The notes beneath the pieces were generated by a model. It searched no databases. It was not told the origin of the DNA and saw nothing but the letters and a program-made list of their open reading frames with translations. The position numbers were made by a program, and so were the translations under genes. From assembly GCA_043754535.1 (NCBI GenBank), contig JAYUUN010000001.1, positions 461-64,460 of the forward strand: a stretch of DNA of 64,000 nucleotides, read 5' to 3'. This DNA comes from Chloroflexota bacterium (GTDB lineage: Bacteria; Chloroflexota; Chloroflexia; QHBQ01). Positions 16,467-24,256 of the stretch are shown one piece after another; the stretch's first letter is position 1, and the number at the start of each line of letters is the position of its first letter.

Positions 16467-17588
16467 ATGGGGGTGAGAGCCGTGGCAGAGACGGTGGTAG
16501 TGGCGATGAGCGGCGGGGTGGATAGCAGCCTGGCAGTGGCTTTGCTCAAGGAGCAGGGCTACGATGTGGTGGGCGTACATATGCGCCTCTCTAGCTATGA
16601 CGACGATAGCACAGGGCTGAACGTCAGCGCGGGTGGGATTGGGATGCTGAACAAGCAGTGCTGCTCGATTGACGCAGCCAACGATGCCCGTGCCGTTTGC
16701 GCCCGCCTGGATGTGCCGTTCTACGTGCTGAACTTTGAGAAGGAGTTTCAGGAGTCGGTGATCGACTACTTCGCCGCCGAGTACGCGGTCGGGCGCACGC
16801 CCAACCCCTGCGTGGCCTGCAACCGCTACATGAAGTTCAACTTCTTGATGCGGAAGGCAATGGCTATTGGTGGCGACTATCTGGCTACCGGTCACTACGC
16901 CCGTGTGACGCGTAACGCTGCTGGTGAGGCGGAGTTGCTGAAGGCCAACGACCCGAACAAGGATCAGTCTTACGCTCTCTATATGCTCGACCAGCCGACC
17001 CTGCGCCAGACCATGCTGCCGATTGGCGACTACCCGAAGCCGCTGGTGCGCGAGTTGGCCGCGAAGTACGGCCTGCTCACTGCCAACAAGCCAGAGAGCA
17101 TGGACATCTGCTTTATCCCCAGCGGCAACTACCGTGCCTTCCTCGACAAGCATGGCGACCGCTCGGCTGTCGTGCCTGGCCCGATCTACGACACCGCTGG
17201 CACCCTGCTCGGCCAGCACAGCGGCCTCCCCTACTACACCGTCGGCCAGCGGCGCGGCCTGGGCCTGAGCGGTAGGGCGGCGGCTCTGTTCGTGGTAGAT
17301 ATTGACACGCTGAGTAATACGCTGACTGTCGGCCCGGAGGAGGCCTTGTACCAGGAGAGCCTGGATGCCGATGCAGTTAGCTTCACCACCACCGCCACCC
17401 CCAGCAGCCCCTTCCGCGCCAGCGTGCGTATCCGCTATCGCGCCCCCGAAGTTGCAGCCACCATCAGTCCTGCGCCTGGCGACACGGCCCACGTGCAGTT
17501 CGATGTGCCACAGCGGGCGATCACCAGCGGTCAGGCGGTCGTCTTCTATGAGGGCGAGCGTGTCCTCGGCGGCGGTACGATCCGCTAA
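16467..17588 (+). CDS. mnmA: tRNA 2-thiouridine(34) synthase MnmA
   Basis: VVVAMSGGVDSS PP-loop, RTPNPCVACN, KDQSYALY, full-length collinear MnmA pattern. Confidence 0.9.
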   Translation: MGVRAVAETVVVAMSGGVDSSLAVALLKEQGYDVVGVHMRLSSYDDDSTGLNVSAGGIGMLNKQCCSIDAANDARAVCARLDVPFYVLNFEKEFQESVIDYFAAEYAVGRTPNPCVACNRYMKFNFLMRKAMAIGGDYLATGHYARVTRNAAGEAELLKANDPNKDQSYALYMLDQPTLRQTMLPIGDYPKPLVRELAAKYGLLTANKPESMDICFIPSGNYRAFLDKHGDRSAVVPGPIYDTAGTLLGQHSGLPYYTVGQRRGLGLSGRAAALFVVDIDTLSNTLTVGPEEALYQESLDADAVSFTTTATPSSPFRASVRIRYRAPEVAATISPAPGDTAHVQFDVPQRAITSGQAVVFYEGERVLGGGTIR

Positions 17589-17589
17589 G

Positions 17590-17844
17590 ATGCAGCTAGA
17601 ACCATCACTAGTGATCTACCTGATCCCCCCAGCGGTCTGCGCTCTCCTCTTTCACTTCTTCGTGGGGCGGGGCTACGGCCAGCTTGTGCTTTACCTGCTG
17701 GCTGCCATTCTCGGTTTCTATCTTGCTACCGCGTTGGCAAGCATCTTGCAGATGCAGTGGGTGTCGCTCGGCGGGGTGCAGTTGATCCAGGGATTGCTAG
17801 GCGCACTTGTTGCCCTCCTGCTTGCCAGACGGTTGCTGGCGTGA
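17590..17844 (+). CDS. small hydrophobic membrane protein (hypothetical)
   Basis: ATG 17590 lies 2 nt after the mnmA stop. 84 aa with about 3 hydrophobic segments. It is the downstream part of ORF-track ORF 17365..17844. Confidence 0.4.
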   Translation: MQLEPSLVIYLIPPAVCALLFHFFVGRGYGQLVLYLLAAILGFYLATALASILQMQWVSLGGVQLIQGLLGALVALLLARRLLA

Positions 17845-17916
17845 TACAATAGCCCGGCTTTGTAGCTGTTAGAGCAGCAGAGCTACTACATAAACGTTCA
17901 AGGAGTAGCCACCAAC

Positions 17917-18312
17917 ATGGGTAAAGCAATCGGGATCGGGATCGCAGTTCTGGTCGTCCTCATCGCCATTTTTGCGGGTGTTACGCTGATCTTCAAGTGG
18001 GGTTTGACCGAGTGGATGCAGTTCTCAGTGATCATCCTCGCTGCCTTCTCTTGCATCAGCACTCTGCTGGGCATTGGCGTGCTGGCTACGCTCCTGTTCA
18101 TCGCCCTGACTTTGAAGGACAACGTGGTGCCGCTGATTGAGAATGCGACCGATGCAGCCCGCACGGTCAAGGGGACGGCAGTCTTCGTTAGTGAAGGGGT
18201 GGCTACCCCGATCATCAAGGTGGCAGGGGCAGCAGCGGGCGTGCGCGCTATGGTGCAGACTTTGTTCCGCCGCGGCCAAAAGCCTTCTAGTACCAACAAC
18301 CAGGGTAAATAG
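17917..18312 (+). CDS. membrane protein, DUF948-like (hypothetical)
   Basis: Two N-terminal TM segments, then an amphipathic tail (LKDNVVPLIENATDAARTVKG...). AAGGAG upstream. Located upstream of the YtxH gene. Confidence 0.45.
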   Translation: MGKAIGIGIAVLVVLIAIFAGVTLIFKWGLTEWMQFSVIILAAFSCISTLLGIGVLATLLFIALTLKDNVVPLIENATDAARTVKGTAVFVSEGVATPIIKVAGAAAGVRAMVQTLFRRGQKPSSTNNQGK

Positions 18313-18371
18313 GCGAGTTGGCAGACAGCCAGCCGCTCATGCAATCAAGTTGAGAGGAGTGTATCTGTAAC

Positions 18372-19064
18372 ATGGCAAACGAGAACGACAACGACTCTAG
18401 CTTTATCCTCGGTCTGGCTCTCGGTGCGGCTATTGGGGCGGGTATCGCCCTGGTGCTTGCCCCACAACGAGGCGAGGAGACCCGCCGCGACCTGATCCAC
18501 GGTGCGGGCGATATTGGCACCCGGATCAAGACTACTGCTGGCGATGTGGCCGATAAGGTCGGCTCGACCGCTGGTGATGTGGCGACCCGTGTTGGTAGCG
18601 TGGCAGGCGATGCCGCCAACCGCGTGCAAGAGGTAGCTGGTGGCGCGGCTGACCGGGTGCAAGACCTGGCTGGGCGGGCAGGCGAGACCATCGGTGAGAC
18701 CGCGGGCAACGTGCGCGAAGCCGCTGGTAGTGCGGTTGAGACTGCGAAGGACAAAGTGCAAGACCTGACAGACCGCGGCCATGACGCTACTGGGGATGTG
18801 CGAGATGCTATGCAGGACGCGGCGGATGAGGCTGCTATCAAGGCTAAGCGGGCAGCTAACGATGCTGGCGACGCAGTGCAGGGCGCAGCAGAAGATGCTG
18901 GCAGCAAGGCGGAGTGGGCGGCTGGCAAGGCTGGCGACGCAGCCGAGCAAGCGGGCGACGCAGCCCACCACGCAGCTGACAACGCTGGCGATGCACTCAA
19001 GGATGCTGGCAACGCGGCTGAGGACGCGGGCGACAAAGCCAAGCGTAAGCTCGACAACATCTAG
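18372..19064 (+). CDS. YtxH-domain general-stress-type protein with LEA-like 11-mer repeats
   Basis: N-terminal FILGLALGAAIGAGIALVLAPQRGEETRRDL (YtxH motif), followed by many AGDxAxxVxxx 11-residue repeats. Confidence 0.7.
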   Translation: MANENDNDSSFILGLALGAAIGAGIALVLAPQRGEETRRDLIHGAGDIGTRIKTTAGDVADKVGSTAGDVATRVGSVAGDAANRVQEVAGGAADRVQDLAGRAGETIGETAGNVREAAGSAVETAKDKVQDLTDRGHDATGDVRDAMQDAADEAAIKAKRAANDAGDAVQGAAEDAGSKAEWAAGKAGDAAEQAGDAAHHAADNAGDALKDAGNAAEDAGDKAKRKLDNI

Positions 19065-19094
19065 CCTGCTGCTTCAGGATAGTTCGATAGCTGA

Positions 19095-19127
19095 GGGCCG
19101 CTCTGGTGAGACAGAGTGGCCCTTTTC
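19095..19127 (+). terminator. Rho-independent terminator after the YtxH gene
   Basis: GGGCCGCTCT - 8 nt loop - AGAGTGGCCC followed by TTTTC. A second long hairpin follows at about 19132-19175. Confidence 0.65.
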
Positions 19128-19386
19128 GTGGGCAGCCACGGCCTGCCAGCCCCAGGCAGCGAGGTGGCTGCCAAGCAGTTGGCCCTGCGCTAGTGCGGAA
19201 GATGCTGAAGTTTAGTCACTGGTTTCGGTTTCCCCGCCCTTTAGGAGTGTGGGACATTAGAAACCAGCTAACTACTCAGTTGGGCTGGCCCCTCTTAGCC
19301 ACCACTCCCATCCGCTTTTGCCACACCGCTAGCTGCTCTCTGCTACCCCGCCGCACCGCCCGACCGGAAAGCGGCTGCTAACGGTG

Positions 19387-19395
19387 TGGTATAAT
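19387..19395 (+). promoter_or_regulatory. extended -10 promoter candidate (TGGTATAAT) for the SDR-moaDEA unit
   Basis: TGGTATAAT is in the intergenic region, and GGAGGG (19430-19435) precedes ATG 19445. Confidence 0.45.
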
Positions 19396-19444
19396 TGCTG
19401 CCAACGTAGTGCATCCAAGAATGTGGATCGGAGGGTATACGAGG

Positions 19445-20323
19445 ATGGAGCTAGGACTAAACGGTAAGGTGGTGGTCGTGGCGGGCGGCAGCAAAGAACT
19501 GGCGCGAGCGATTGCAGTCGAGTTGGCGCGGGAGGGCGCACAGGTTGCCATCTTCTCTCGCGATTCCGCCTATCTTGACCAGACGGCGCAGGAGGTGGGG
19601 CAGAACGGTGGCAAGCTGTTCGCTTCGCTGGCCGACATCACCGACGAGGCCCAGGTCGTTGCCTTCATGAACAAGGTGGCGACCGACTTCGGCGGCATTG
19701 ATGTGCTGATCAACTGTGCGGGGCGCACCAACCCCGATACCTTCGCCAACCTCAGCGACGACGGCTGGGCTGCCGACTTCGACGTGAAGCTGCTCGGCAT
19801 GGTACGTTGCACCCGCGCTGCCCTTCCCCACCTGCGCCGTAGCCGGGCAGCTCGCGTGATCAACGTCAACTCGGTGCTGGGCCTGCGTCCACAGCCAGAG
19901 TTTACCAGCAGCAGCGCGATCCGAGCCGCCTGCATTGGCCTCAGCCGCACCCTGGCCCTCCAATTCGCCGCCGATAACATCCTTGTCAACAGTGTGAACG
20001 TAGGCTTTATGGAAGCGCAACACTGGCAGAAAGCCTGGATGCGCTCTGGCAAGCAGATTACTATCGAGCAGTTTAGCGAGGGGCTGACCGCCGCGGTGCC
20101 GTTGGGCAGGCTGGGTAAGCCAGAGGAGGCCGCTGCTCTAATCGTCTTTCTTGCAGGCAGCCGCAGCAGCTACATCACCGGTGCATCCTTCGATGTCTCT
20201 GGCGGGATGTTATGGTTGGCCGCCGACCAATGGCTAACGAATGAGGTGACTTATGCCAACGAAGATAGAGAACAGCACGGGGCTGGTCAATGTGCGCTTG
20301 CTGCACTTTGCGATCAACCGTGA
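19445..20323 (+). CDS. SDR-fold protein with degenerate cofactor and catalytic motifs
   Basis: Rossmann start KVVVVAGGSKELARAIA (instead of TGxxxGxG), LINCAG, NSVLG..., but SSSAIRAA where YxxxK is expected. The 3' end overlaps moaD by 71 nt. Confidence 0.65.
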   Translation: MELGLNGKVVVVAGGSKELARAIAVELAREGAQVAIFSRDSAYLDQTAQEVGQNGGKLFASLADITDEAQVVAFMNKVATDFGGIDVLINCAGRTNPDTFANLSDDGWAADFDVKLLGMVRCTRAALPHLRRSRAARVINVNSVLGLRPQPEFTSSSAIRAACIGLSRTLALQFAADNILVNSVNVGFMEAQHWQKAWMRSGKQITIEQFSEGLTAAVPLGRLGKPEEAAALIVFLAGSRSSYITGASFDVSGGMLWLAADQWLTNEVTYANEDREQHGAGQCALAALCDQP

Positions 20324-20531
20324 AGCCCTGGGCTGCGACGAGGAGCAGGTCAGCCTGCCAGCAGGTAGCACCGCCGCTGATGCCTGGGCGCAGTTGGTCG
20401 CCCGCGCTCCTCGCCTGGCCCAGGCAACGCGCAGCCAGATGGTGGCCGTCAATAGCCGCTACGCCAGCATGACCGAGGAGTTGTTTGATGGTGATGAACT
20501 TGCTTTCATCCCCCCAGTCAGTGGCGGCTAG
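20253..20531 (+). CDS. moaD: molybdopterin synthase sulfur-carrier subunit MoaD
   Basis: 92 aa ending in ...FIPPVSGG (ThiS/MoaD C-terminal GG). GAGGTG before ATG 20253. An alternative GTG start at 20292 is possible. Confidence 0.8.
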   Translation: MPTKIENSTGLVNVRLLHFAINREALGCDEEQVSLPAGSTAADAWAQLVARAPRLAQATRSQMVAVNSRYASMTEELFDGDELAFIPPVSGG

Positions 20532-20553
20532 CTCAACACCTTTTGGAGGGTAC

Positions 20554-21018
20554 GTGGTCTACGTCAAGATAACCGAAGCCCCTGTCGCTGCCGCTGACCT
20601 GCTGCCGCTGGTGCGGACAGACGCAGATGGCGCGCTTGTCACCTTCGAAGGCGTGGTGCGCGACCACAACGACGGCAAGGGCGTGGCGCACCTGGAGTAC
20701 GAAGCCTATGCCGAGATGGCCGAGCGCGAGATGGCCCGCATTGGCGCGGAGACCCTCACCCGTTTTGGCCTGCACCAGATCGCTATTGTCCATCGGGTTG
20801 GCAGGCTAGCTATAGGCGAAGTAGCAGTGGCTATTGCCGTCGCCAGCCCACACCGCCGCGAAGCCTTTGCTGCCTGCGCCCACGCGATTGACGCAGTGAA
20901 GGAGCGGGTGCCAATCTGGAAGAAGGAGCAGTACGCCGACGGTGCCGAATGGTTGGGAGTGCAGGCTGATCATCGCGGCCAGCCTGCCAGTGACTTGTTT
21001 AACACAGAAGGTTTATAA
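20554..21018 (+). CDS. moaE: molybdopterin synthase catalytic subunit MoaE
   Basis: GALVTFEGVVRDHNDGKGV..LEYEAY..MA, IAIVHRVGRLAIGE, SPHRREAF, KERVPIWKKE. GTG 20554 follows GGAGG. The ORF-track start 20485 would overlap moaD by 47 nt. Confidence 0.8.
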   Translation: MVYVKITEAPVAAADLLPLVRTDADGALVTFEGVVRDHNDGKGVAHLEYEAYAEMAEREMARIGAETLTRFGLHQIAIVHRVGRLAIGEVAVAIAVASPHRREAFAACAHAIDAVKERVPIWKKEQYADGAEWLGVQADHRGQPASDLFNTEGL

Positions 21019-21059
21019 TAGAAAAACTGTATGATTTGTATAGAAAGTCTGGTAGATAG

Positions 21060-22142
21060 ATGGATGTACAGCAGCGCAGTAGCCAACCAGTCAGCCTCAT
21101 GCTCAAGCCAGTCAAGCGGGCGGTGCAGGATGGTGAGGTAGTTAGCCTCAGCCAGCAGGTCAGCTACGACCAGTTCCGCCGGGCGATCAACTATATGCGG
21201 GTTTCGCTAACCGACAAGTGCAACCTGCGCTGCGTCTACTGTATGCCAGAAGAAGGACTACCGTGGATTAAGAATAGCGACCTGCTCACCTACGACGAGA
21301 TCGAGCGGTTGGTACGCGCCTTTGCGCCCTGGGGTCTGCAAAAAATACGCATTACTGGTGGTGAACCACTGGTGCGCCCCCATGTGGACGAATTGATCGC
21401 TCGCCTGCGTGCAGTGCCGGGTATCACTGACATATCGCTAAGTACCAACGGCATCCTGCTTGGCGATCAGATTGAGAAGCTGAAGGCAGCGGGTCTCAAC
21501 CGCGTCAACATCAGCCTGGACACCCTGGATCGAGAGAAGTTCATCCGCATATCGCGACGTGACGAGATGCAGCGGGTGCTTGAGGGGATCGACGCGGCTA
21601 TCGCGTACGGCTTGCAGCCGGTTAAGCTGAACTGCGTGATCATGCGCGGCTTTAACGACGACGAGATGTTGCAACTGGCCGAGTTGACGATCCAGCGCGA
21701 GGTACACCTGCGCTTCATCGAGGTAATGCCGGTCGAGGAGAACCTGGAGATGTCGGTCAACGCCTACGTCTCCACCGACGAGATACTTGAGCGGATGCTT
21801 GCCTTCGGCCAGTTTGAGGCGGTGGCTGGGCCAGGCGGTAATGGCCCCGCCCGCTACTATAAGCTGCCGGGAGCGAAGGGGACGGTTGGGGTGATCAGCC
21901 CGATGAGCCACAACTACTGCGACACCTGCAACCGCGTGCGCCTGACTGCACAAGGCCACCTGCGCCTCTGTCTGTTCGGCGACAACGAGATCGACCTGCG
22001 TACCCCCCTACGCAGCGGCGCGTCGTTGGAAGACCTGGGCAACATCTTCAAGCAGTCGCTTACGGTCAAGCCCGAACGCCACTACCTGGGCGTGGGCCAG
22101 CTAAGTTCGGGGATGCGCGCCTTTTCGCAGGTGGGCGGCTGA
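21060..22142 (+). CDS. moaA: GTP 3',8-cyclase MoaA (radical SAM)
   Basis: MRVSLTDKCNLRCVYCMPEE (CxxxCxxC), ITGGEPLVRP, C-terminal CDTCNRVRLTAQGHLRLCLF. The N-terminus may be shorter, with ATG 21099. Confidence 0.9.
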   Translation: MDVQQRSSQPVSLMLKPVKRAVQDGEVVSLSQQVSYDQFRRAINYMRVSLTDKCNLRCVYCMPEEGLPWIKNSDLLTYDEIERLVRAFAPWGLQKIRITGGEPLVRPHVDELIARLRAVPGITDISLSTNGILLGDQIEKLKAAGLNRVNISLDTLDREKFIRISRRDEMQRVLEGIDAAIAYGLQPVKLNCVIMRGFNDDEMLQLAELTIQREVHLRFIEVMPVEENLEMSVNAYVSTDEILERMLAFGQFEAVAGPGGNGPARYYKLPGAKGTVGVISPMSHNYCDTCNRVRLTAQGHLRLCLFGDNEIDLRTPLRSGASLEDLGNIFKQSLTVKPERHYLGVGQLSSGMRAFSQVGG

Positions 22143-22323
22143 GGCTAGTTGATGATGACAACGAAGGTAGGGCCATGCCTTCTAGCGGCGCACTAATTGA
22201 ACACACCTGGCAGCAGTACGAGATCGAAAACTACTTCAGCTTGGTGCAGATGGCCCTAGTAGCGGGCTTGGGGCCGCCGACTTTCTACCCCTGGCCGCCC
22301 CCCTGCTCAACATCGCTGCCGCG

Positions 22324-22332
22324 TGGTATAAT
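22324..22332 (+). promoter_or_regulatory. extended -10 promoter (TGGTATAAT), 6 nt before the ogg ATG (leaderless candidate)
   Basis: TATAAT at 22327-22332, spacer GGGCCT, ATG 22339. No SD possible. Confidence 0.5.
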
Positions 22333-22338
22333 GGGCCT

Positions 22339-23286
22339 ATGCAAACCTTTACCTACGACCAACGCTACTTTAACCTGGATGACACGCTGGCGAACGGCCA
22401 GGTCTTCCGCTGGCAGCACCAGGCCGACGGCTGGTGGCTGGGCGTAGTAGAGGGTGAAGTGATCAAGCTGCGTCAAGATGGTGATACCTTCACCTACGGT
22501 AGTTATCCTACCACGGACAATTTCGCCCTGCTGGAAGACTACTTTACGCTCAAGAGCGATCTTGCGGCGGTGCATGAGGTGATGCAGCGCGACCCCCTCG
22601 CCGCCGATGCGGTTGCCCGCTTTCCCGGCCTAAGGATGATGCGCCAGAACCCGGAGGAGTGCTTGCTCAGTTTCGTCGCCAGCACCGCCAACAGCGTGCC
22701 GCAGATCGCAAAGGGAATAGACGCTTTCTCTGCCCAGTACGGCACCTTGATCGGCGAGAGCGGTGGCAAGAAGCTCTACACCTTTCCCACCGCGCAGGCT
22801 TTGGCCGCCGCCGACCCCGACTTCATGGGCCAGCAGACCGGCCTCGGCTGGCGGGGTATCAACGTAGTCAAGGTGGCAAAGCAGGTAGCCGCCAAACCCT
22901 CTGGTTGGCTGCTCAGCCTGCGCGAAGCCCGCTATGTAGAAGCGAAGTACGAACTGATGCAGCTAGTGGGCGTGGGCGCGAAAATCGCCGATTGCGTCTG
23001 CGCCTTCAGCCTCGATAAGGGAGAGGCGGTGCCGGTGGATACCCACATCTTCCAGCTAGCTGTTGAACACTACCTGCCGACCTTGAAGGGCAAGACGCTG
23101 ACCGACGCAGCTTACAACAAGATCGCTGCCGCCTTTAAGGAACGCTTTGGCAACTACGCCAGTCTCGCCCAGCAATACCTCTTTTACGCCCACTTCACCA
23201 ACTATTGGGGCGGCAAATCGCCCCTGATATATGGAGCGAACAATGGCACCAGAACCCGGCGCACTCCTCCTCGACCTCAAGGATGA
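22339..23286 (+). CDS. ogg: 8-oxoguanine DNA glycosylase/AP lyase, OGG1 type
   Basis: OGG_N-like FNLDDTLANGQVFRWQ. HhH-GPD with VGVGAKIADCVCAF (catalytic Lys) and VPVDTHIFQLA (Asp). Confidence 0.8.
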   Translation: MQTFTYDQRYFNLDDTLANGQVFRWQHQADGWWLGVVEGEVIKLRQDGDTFTYGSYPTTDNFALLEDYFTLKSDLAAVHEVMQRDPLAADAVARFPGLRMMRQNPEECLLSFVASTANSVPQIAKGIDAFSAQYGTLIGESGGKKLYTFPTAQALAAADPDFMGQQTGLGWRGINVVKVAKQVAAKPSGWLLSLREARYVEAKYELMQLVGVGAKIADCVCAFSLDKGEAVPVDTHIFQLAVEHYLPTLKGKTLTDAAYNKIAAAFKERFGNYASLAQQYLFYAHFTNYWGGKSPLIYGANNGTRTRRTPPRPQG

Positions 23287-23791
23287 GGAACCAGAGCGGG
23301 CAGTTCACCTCTTGCCTACCCGCATAGATCGCTTGCCAGGCGGCCAGTACGCCTTCGCCAGCACCGCCATGCCAGGAGTGGCAATCGTGGCCGCCGACCT
23401 CAACTATGGCCTGGTCAGTTATGAGCAACTGGCGCGGGCTAAGCGCGAGCAACTGTTCCATACCCTCGACCAGATGCAGCGTAGCGACCAGCCCCTCACC
23501 CTCGAAACCATCGTGATCGTGCCACAGCCCGGCTCTGGTAGTACAGGGATCACCTACCGTGTGCCGCTGACGATCACCAACCTCGGTGCGGATGACTGGC
23601 ACGCCGAGTGCAAGCCGCTGATCATGGGCTACGACTACGACACCCTCGCTCAGGCTATCTTGCGCCTCAGTGGGCAACTGGTAGGCGTGATCCGTGACCA
23701 CTTGGTGACGAGCAAGCCCCTGCCACCAGAGGTCTACCCCCTCGAAAGCGCGCATCTGCCCCACACCTTTACGATCACGATGATCAAGTAA
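23231..23791 (+). CDS. hypothetical protein
   Basis: 186-aa ORF with GC-rich third positions, same strand as ogg, overlapping its 3' end by 56 nt (or 44 nt from ATG 23243). No motif recognised. Confidence 0.4.
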   Translation: MERTMAPEPGALLLDLKDEEPERAVHLLPTRIDRLPGGQYAFASTAMPGVAIVAADLNYGLVSYEQLARAKREQLFHTLDQMQRSDQPLTLETIVIVPQPGSGSTGITYRVPLTITNLGADDWHAECKPLIMGYDYDTLAQAILRLSGQLVGVIRDHLVTSKPLPPEVYPLESAHLPHTFTITMIK

Positions 23792-24093
23792 ACGATGCAG
23801 CACACTGTGTGCTAGCCACCTGGTTTGTAGAAGTAGCTGGTTGCCTGCTCTGCCGCAGAGGACTTGCGCCCTTACTAGCAAGCCCTTGCCTGTAAGCAGG
23901 TGAGCGCAGCCAGAGTAGCCCTCTACTTTTTGTAGCAAGGGTGACCATTATTCTACTGTCATCCATTGGTAGGGTGACTTTGTTCTCGATCCTCCTCCCC
24001 CACAGGTGCCAGCCATTTGCGCGCCACGGCATCTCTTTTTGCTGCGCAGTCCACCAGGTAGCATATTCCACCACGTGATTTTGGTTCAGCCTA

Positions 24094-24122
24094 TTGACAA
24101 GATTATCGTTCTGTGCTAATAT
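24094..24122 (+). promoter_or_regulatory. sigma70-type promoter TTGACA-17-TAATAT for the sugar ABC operon
   Basis: TTGACA 24094-24099, 17-nt spacer ending in TGC, TAATAT 24117-24122. About 128-nt leader to ATG 24257. Confidence 0.55.
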
Positions 24123-24256
24123 GTGTAAGCACTTCCACATGAAAGGGCTTTCAGATGGGGGATGGGGTGACGGGTGGTCAATCAGGCCGCCTGCCTGCCT
24201 CTGGCGGCTTTTGGCGACGCATTGCGTCCATTTGGAGATCTCAAGGAGGAGACAAG

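Noticed and set aside
16410-17492. 360-aa ORF antisense to mnmA. Similar long antisense ORFs occur at 10705-11346, 45183-46109, 46405-47493, 23195-23938 and 63301-63948.
   Set aside because: They lie opposite genes with clear family motifs and have Arg/Gly/His/Val-rich improbable compositions. Long stop-free antisense frames are expected in GC-rich DNA.
18287-19060. 257-aa and 208-aa minus-strand ORFs and a 144-aa plus-strand ORF overlapping the YtxH gene. The periodic DNA repeat could be mistaken for a repeat array.
   Set aside because: The 33-nt periodicity is the coding repeat of the YtxH/LEA-like protein (GCN-rich codons). There is no spacer/repeat organisation, so it is not a CRISPR array or mobile repeat.
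19128-19444. Possible Moco riboswitch upstream of the SDR-moaDEA unit or of moaA.
   Set aside because: The promoter (19387-19395) leaves only a ~45-nt leader, and the moaE-moaA gap is ~40 nt. I could not recognise the conserved Moco motif segments. An Infernal scan would be decisive.
20253-20323. The SDR/moaD 71-nt overlap as evidence of a frameshift error.
   Set aside because: Both frames read through with plausible sequence, and moaD has its own SD and ATG. I cannot distinguish a real overlap from an indel without reads, so it is reported only as part of the SDR finding.
23938-24171. AGGGTGAC direct repeats (23938, 23971) and a third GGGTGAC (24165) around the ABC operon promoter.
   Set aside because: The 7-8-mers are too short and too irregularly spaced to support a binding-site claim without comparative data.
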